Shown in pieces: positions 58,834-64,000 of a DNA stretch of 64,000 nt. The position numbers and the translations under genes are program-made. The stretch is from positions 1-64,000 of the forward strand of contig BTVY01000023.1 of NCBI GenBank assembly GCA_045863335.1. Direction: 5' to 3'. How positions within the stretch are numbered: the stretch's first letter is position 1; each line of letters opens with the position of its first letter. The stretch is from Candidatus Hydrogenedentota bacterium. Its GTDB lineage: Bacteria > Hydrogenedentota > Hydrogenedentia > Hydrogenedentales > SLHB01. The notes under the pieces were generated by a model, which saw only the letters and a program-made list of their open reading frames with translations, had not been told where the DNA came from and made no database searches.

Positions 58834-60843
58834 TCAGTTTCGCCCCACCGGATTACCGACCGCATTGGTGGGCTCGATCACTTCGACTTTATCGCCAAGT
58901 GATTCGACCAAGTCCGGAAGATCGTAAACCCGTAACGCCCCGTGTACGACGTTTTCGTATTGCCGCTTCGTCTCCGGCGTGCGCACGACGCTGGACCAGG
59001 ACTGCAGCGAGCGAGTCAGCGTGACGCGGCTGAACAAGTCCGGCTCCAGCGCAGCGGCGTGAAGGGCCGGCGGTCCCGCGACGTCCTGCGCCAAGAGCAC
59101 CACCTTACGCGCCGCGCCAGCGTTCTCGTAGGTCGCCGCGAAACGGGCGCAGACCAGCGCGTCTTCGGCGCGCATGCTCAAGATGGGCTTGTCGAGCAGG
59201 TACGCCAGCGATGTGGCCTTGTAGCCGGGGCCGAAAGCGTGGTCCCAACCTTCGCCGTGGGTCCAGTTGGACGTGGTTTCGCCAAGGCCGCGAAGGTCCG
59301 CAGCCACGACGACGTACCCGCTGCGCGCGAGCTGAGCGAGCGAGTCGTGGTCGAGGTCCGCCTTGCCATTCGCGAGGACCAGCATGGCTTCCCCATTGAC
59401 CGCTTCGGGGAGGTAGACGACTGCAGGAAGGTGTATTCCGAGTTCTGGCGTCAGCACCACATGCCGAACGGTGCAGCCGTACTCCTTCGCCTCGTGCGCC
59501 ACAACGATCTCGGGCTCCGGAAGTTCCGCCAGAGGCCGAATCCCCGTCACGTCGCGCACCTGCGAGATGAGGTTATCTTTTGGAGCGGCCTTGCGCGACT
59601 CCGCGAGTTGCGCGTCCACCTCCGCGTTGATGTCGAATACCGATCGCGCACCGTCCAGCAACAGGACCTGCCCTTGCGGCGTGACCTGCACTTCGGCATC
59701 CGTCAAGACGTCGACATCCCCTTCAACCACGGGCTCATCGACCCCTTTAAGCCAACGCAACATCCACCGAGCCATGGCCTGGCGCAGCAGGATGGTGAAC
59801 CCGTGTTGCTCGTCCGCCTCGGCGAGGTTTACCCGCTCTTCGTACCCAAGCTTGGTGTAGGCGCGTTTTGCGACGCGGAAGCTGTCCCACACCCCGGCAA
59901 TAGGAAAAAAATCCTGCGTGGCGCAACAGATGAGCGTGGGCCGCGGCGCGCGCATGAGCAGGAAGTCGCTGTGGTCCATCCCAAACGCGAGGGCGCCCGC
60001 GATGTTCTGTTCACCGTCATGCGGACCATCCTTGATAATAAGGTTCTTCAACGACGTGATGTAGCAGCTCGGCGCGGCGCAGACCACCCGTTCGTCGAGC
60101 GCCATGATATAGCTGGTCAAGGTGCCGCCGCCGGAGTTGCCGGTGCATCCAATGCGTTCCGGGTCGATGTCGTCGCGACTGCAGAGGTAATCGATCCCGC
60201 GAATGCCGTCCCAGATGCGGTAGCCCGCCACGTTCAACCCAAGGGGTATGCTGCCCACGGTGACGATGGTGTGTTCGATGGTCGATCCGTACTTCTGCTT
60301 GCTGTTCTCGTCGAGCAACTGGCTGCGCTCGCCCTGACCGATGGGGTCATAGATCATCGCCGCGATGCCGTTGCGGGCAAGAAGTACGGCGGCCCGCTGG
60401 TAAGCTTCCGCAGCCTTACCGTTGGCGTCGTGTCCGCAGGGCACGAGCACGCCGGGATAAGGCCCTTCCGTCAGCGGCAAGTAGATGATGGCAGTCACAT
60501 AGAGACCAGGCCGGCTCTCGTAGAGGATCTTCTCGTACCGGAATCCGTCGCGGGTTTCGCCCGGGAATACCTGCGCATTCAACGGAGTCTTCTCCGGCCA
60601 GCCGCCAAGTTGTTGAACGAAGAATTCGCGCATGCGCTGTCCCCGCGCGAGGATGCTCTCCGGCGTCGCGAGATCCTGCTCCAGCACCTCGGCGCGATTC
60701 TCAAAAGCGTCGACCATCTCGCCGCGCAGGTAGAGCGTCATCACTTCCGCGGGTGACGCACCGTTGGGCAGAGGCTGGAGGATCTGCGCTCCGGGGTCCG
60801 CACCCAACGTTGCTGTTAATACTGTTACCGCCGCCATCCACAT
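58834..60843 (-). CDS. Secreted two-domain alpha/beta-hydrolase (acetylxylan-esterase-like)
   Basis: PCGH...GK, D.IGQGER, D.IRGIDYL, GCTGNSGGG nucleophile, APRP, DFFP; second degenerate hydrolase domain (DLRG.GE). Confidence 0.85.
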   Translation of the reverse strand: MWMAAVTVLTATLGADPGAQILQPLPNGASPAEVMTLYLRGEMVDAFENRAEVLEQDLATPESILARGQRMREFFVQQLGGWPEKTPLNAQVFPGETRDGFRYEKILYESRPGLYVTAIIYLPLTEGPYPGVLVPCGHDANGKAAEAYQRAAVLLARNGIAAMIYDPIGQGERSQLLDENSKQKYGSTIEHTIVTVGSIPLGLNVAGYRIWDGIRGIDYLCSRDDIDPERIGCTGNSGGGTLTSYIMALDERVVCAAPSCYITSLKNLIIKDGPHDGEQNIAGALAFGMDHSDFLLMRAPRPTLICCATQDFFPIAGVWDSFRVAKRAYTKLGYEERVNLAEADEQHGFTILLRQAMARWMLRWLKGVDEPVVEGDVDVLTDAEVQVTPQGQVLLLDGARSVFDINAEVDAQLAESRKAAPKDNLISQVRDVTGIRPLAELPEPEIVVAHEAKEYGCTVRHVVLTPELGIHLPAVVYLPEAVNGEAMLVLANGKADLDHDSLAQLARSGYVVVAADLRGLGETTSNWTHGEGWDHAFGPGYKATSLAYLLDKPILSMRAEDALVCARFAATYENAGAARKVVLLAQDVAGPPALHAAALEPDLFSRVTLTRSLQSWSSVVRTPETKRQYENVVHGALRVYDLPDLVESLGDKVEVIEPTNAVGNPVGRN

Positions 60844-60920
60844 GGTCTTTCCTCCAACGTTTGCCGCGCCAATCTCAGAATTGTAGGGAGCGCGAGGACG
60901 GGCGGTCAATGGCGAGAAGG

Positions 60921-60978
60921 AAATACGTAATCCGAATTTCGGAATCCGAAACAAATTCGAAGGACCAAAACACGAAAC
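60921..60978 (+). repeat. Degenerate solo arm of the GAAATCC-type repeat
   Basis: aaatacgtaatccgaatttcggaatccgaaacaaattcgaaggaccaaaa shares the GAAGGACCAAAA extension with the 58553 arm. Confidence 0.65.
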
Positions 60979-61078
60979 TGGGGGGCCGAATCGTTGGAAG
61001 CGTGCTCGTTGCACATCCGATCGGTACAATGGTGCGGACCTTTTGAAACGAGTACCACGACTTGCGGGGGTTCCATCC

Positions 61079-64000
61079 ATGGCGCGTTCGATTTGGATTC
61101 TAGTGTTGACGTTGGGTCTCTGGTCGGGCGCGGCTTGGTGCCAGGCCGTGGAGGATGCGCCCGTCCCGGAGAAGGTCTATCAGGGCGACCTCATCGCCTA
61201 TCCCGGACCGTGGGCCTTTGAACTGGGGCGTCCGCACATCATCCTCGTAAGCGACGAGGAGTTAGAATTCCTCTCCGACCCTGACAAGGTCTTCAATATG
61301 ACCACGGGCCGCAACCCGCGCGAAGACTCGCTGCGATCCATTTGCGAACGCGCCCAGGCCGCCGGGCATCCGACGCTCGTCATCGCATTCGACCATTTCT
61401 TCAGCCAATACCGTCCCGGCCAGGAAGGGAAGCCGCGCCGCCTCACGCCGGACATGGACGAGTACGTGGAGCGCATGACCGCCATCGCGAAGTTCGCCCA
61501 AGGCTACGGGCTTGGCCTGGAGCTGAGCCTGTTGAGCCCCCTCGAAATCGGGCCCGCCTACCGCGCCGCCACGGGCGAGTCGGGCGTATGGATGCATTAC
61601 CGGAAAGGCGTGCGCGACCCGGAGACCGGCGCGTTCAGCGTGCAGCTCTGGCAACACCAGCGCTGGTCCAACAACAAAGGCCCCATCGACCTCGAAGATG
61701 CGGGCGTGCGTGTGTTTGCGTTCAACGAGCGCGGCGTCCGCGGAACGCCGTACCGCGTCGTCGATCCCGCGTCCATCATTGAGATTACGGACGTGGCAAA
61801 GGTGGAGCCGTGGGACGGCGCCGTTCGCACTGCCGGCGACTTCCGCGCGCGGCGGGTCCGCATCCATGGCGAAGGACGCACGGAGATTGGCAATCTCGAT
61901 CGCGTGCTGGTCGTGCAGGTTTACCGTACGCCGGAGATGGACTATTTCAGCGACCAGGCCCTGCCCTTTCTCAAAGGACTCATCGACAAGTACGCCGACG
62001 CGGGCGTAAAACTCAACGGCCTCTACTCCGACGAGATGCACATCCAGCAGGACTGGGGGTACTTCAACCACCACGACAACGGCGAATTCGCGGTGCGCTA
62101 CGTAAGCCCGGGCATTGTGAACAAGTTCGCGGACCGCTATGGCGAGGAGTACCGCGACTTCGCGAAGTACCTGGTCTATTTCTGCTACGGCCAGGAAGAC
62201 ACCATGCACGATCTCAGCGCGAAGCAAGGCGTCATGCACGCCTTCGGCGATTCGCCGGAAGCCATCGCACAGACGGCCTTGTTCCGCGCGCGGTACTACC
62301 ACTTCCTGCAAGATGGCGTTGTCGATCTCTTCGCTGCGGCGAAGGATCATGCCGAACGCCGCATGGGACATCGCCTCCACGCGCGCGCCCACGCCACCTG
62401 GGCTGAGAGTCCTACTATCGACAAGTGGAACACGGGCCGCCTGCCTCATGCGCGGAATCAGTACGAGTACACCTCCAACTTCCTCTGGTCCGATACGGTC
62501 CACCAAGCGACCTCGGCCTGTTACGACTACTTCAAGTGGGGCGACTTTCTCACGGGAAACGGCAACGACCACGCCGAGGGCGGCTGGCTCGACCGAAACT
62601 ATTTCGCCATGGCGCTCGCGTGTTCGACGGGAATTCTGAACGAGGTGCCCTACTCCTACGCCGCTCATTGGGGTATGCCGCATGAACTGGCGCAACGGCG
62701 CCACGCCTTGGTCGACGTGTACGGCGCGGCGGCGTCGCCTCCCTTCATGCTCGTGGAAGAGGCGCAACACCGCGACACGGACGTGCTCATGCTGTATCCA
62801 ATCGACCTCGTTGCGGCGGAAGAACGCTTCGGAAGCTGGATGACGCAGTACGGCTACGCGAACTACATCACCCAGGCGAAACTGCTCGAACGCGGCGTCG
62901 TGAAGAATGGCGCCATTGAAGTTGCTGGACGACGGTTCACAACCCTCGTCACGCTCTTCGAACCCTTCCCGAGCCCGGCGCTCATGACCATGATGAACGA
63001 CCTCGCCGCGCAAGGTGGACGCGTGATCTGGTCGGGTCCACCGCCGGTGCTGGACGCCGAGGGCAGTCCGGTCACGGCCGCGTGGAACGATCTCTTCGGC
63101 GTGGAATCCACGCCTGAACCCGGTGACGGGCTTATCGTCCCGGGCCGGGAGATCCAATTCGCAGGACCCCTGGCGCAGGTGCCCGCGCAAGCGATTCTGA
63201 CGGACTTCATCGTGGACCGCATCTATCCCGTGACCGCGCGTGAAGGTGCCGCGGTCGCAGCAACCGTGCAGGACTGGACCGTCGGCGCCGTGCGGGCCAC
63301 CGAATCCGGCGGCAGCCTGACCTATCTTGGGTTCCGCCCTCGTGACGATCAGGCGGCCAGCCTGGGCTATGAAACCCGCACTTGGTTCGAGGTGCTGAAC
63401 GCGCTTGGCGCCTATCCCGCGTCGGGGGCCTTCGAAGGTATTAACGACAATCCCGACTACCTATCGCGCACGACCGAGTACCTGGTAGGCCGCTTCCCGA
63501 ACGGTACCGTCGCAATCGCGCCCCACTTCCGCGCCATGGAAGAAGGCTGGCCCGGCGGGTTCGCGCGCAACGAAGAAGAGGACGCCGCGTATCTCACCGC
63601 AAATCCTCCGCCTTCCGACGCGCTGCAATTGCGGGACTTCAAAGCCTGGGGTCATACGATTACCTACGAAGGTACGGGCGCCATGGCGTTCCGCCTGGAC
63701 GACACGAACCGGCTCGTTGCCTTTGCCGGGTCCGGCTCCAACGCCGTCACCCTCGACGGTCAGACGCACACCTTCACCGACGGATCGCTCGCGCGTGTGG
63801 CGTGGGCGCCGGTCGCCGAAGCGCGTAAGGTCCCCGGCGGCGCTCTGGTTCAAATCCTCGCCCACGGCAACGGCACGCTGCGCATTCCCGCAGCCAACAT
63901 TCCGGCTGACGCGGTGGTCGTAGCCCAAGGCGCCACACCGGGCAGCCGCGGCGCGGTGGTCGAATCAACGCGCGAGGGCGACTATCTGCTGGTGACGATC
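61079..64000 (+). CDS. Large secreted protein, probable glycoside-hydrolase-like; truncated by the window end (absent from the ORF track)
   Basis: ATG 61079: MARSIWILVLTLGLWSGAAWCQA signal, then EDAPVPEKVYQGDLIAYPG; the same frame still reads sensibly at 64000 (ESTREGDYLLVTI); barrel-like motif NGLYSDEMH. Confidence 0.8.
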   Translation, partial: MARSIWILVLTLGLWSGAAWCQAVEDAPVPEKVYQGDLIAYPGPWAFELGRPHIILVSDEELEFLSDPDKVFNMTTGRNPREDSLRSICERAQAAGHPTLVIAFDHFFSQYRPGQEGKPRRLTPDMDEYVERMTAIAKFAQGYGLGLELSLLSPLEIGPAYRAATGESGVWMHYRKGVRDPETGAFSVQLWQHQRWSNNKGPIDLEDAGVRVFAFNERGVRGTPYRVVDPASIIEITDVAKVEPWDGAVRTAGDFRARRVRIHGEGRTEIGNLDRVLVVQVYRTPEMDYFSDQALPFLKGLIDKYADAGVKLNGLYSDEMHIQQDWGYFNHHDNGEFAVRYVSPGIVNKFADRYGEEYRDFAKYLVYFCYGQEDTMHDLSAKQGVMHAFGDSPEAIAQTALFRARYYHFLQDGVVDLFAAAKDHAERRMGHRLHARAHATWAESPTIDKWNTGRLPHARNQYEYTSNFLWSDTVHQATSACYDYFKWGDFLTGNGNDHAEGGWLDRNYFAMALACSTGILNEVPYSYAAHWGMPHELAQRRHALVDVYGAAASPPFMLVEEAQHRDTDVLMLYPIDLVAAEERFGSWMTQYGYANYITQAKLLERGVVKNGAIEVAGRRFTTLVTLFEPFPSPALMTMMNDLAAQGGRVIWSGPPPVLDAEGSPVTAAWNDLFGVESTPEPGDGLIVPGREIQFAGPLAQVPAQAILTDFIVDRIYPVTAREGAAVAATVQDWTVGAVRATESGGSLTYLGFRPRDDQAASLGYETRTWFEVLNALGAYPASGAFEGINDNPDYLSRTTEYLVGRFPNGTVAIAPHFRAMEEGWPGGFARNEEEDAAYLTANPPPSDALQLRDFKAWGHTITYEGTGAMAFRLDDTNRLVAFAGSGSNAVTLDGQTHTFTDGSLARVAWAPVAEARKVPGGALVQILAHGNGTLRIPAANIPADAVVVAQGATPGSRGAVVESTREGDYLLVTI

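Noticed and set aside
50061-60978. CRISPR array from the recurring 33-36-bp repeats
   Set aside because: Copies are inverted and dispersed rather than direct with regular spacers; no cas genes.
58942-63190. Long ORFs 58942-60756 (+) and 61262-63190 (-)
   Set aside because: Antisense shadows of the esterase and the large secreted protein, which have signal peptides and motifs.

Overview
GC-rich bacterial chromosomal window, mostly core and metabolic genes. It holds dapA/dapB, the rpsF-ssb-rpsR-DUF2232-rplI-dnaB operon, queC, thiG, trxA, asd, lgt, an rlmD-like methyltransferase, ubiB/ABC1 and ispE. It also carries two PAS hybrid histidine kinases, an ECF sigma/anti-sigma/DUF4097 module, several Tat/Sec-exported sugar-active enzymes, a YdbH-like/YnbE-YdbL envelope-bridge locus and an APH-kinase/acyl-CoA dehydrogenase/phosphatase cluster. 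The gene content suggests a diderm such as Hydrogenedentota or a PVC-like lineage (unverified inference). The most striking element is an intact phage-type terminase large subunit gene (33253-34731), translationally coupled to a putative small subunit gene (32735-33256). The pair sits among host genes with no portal, capsid, tail or integrase gene recognised anywhere in the window, so it is a candidate domesticated DNA-packaging or processing module. Intergenic spaces carry several unrelated short repeat families, including two ~280-bp elements with matched inverted arms, and the window starts at an IS terminus. No rRNA, tRNA or CRISPR array was seen. All calls come from motif reading by eye; no database searches were run.
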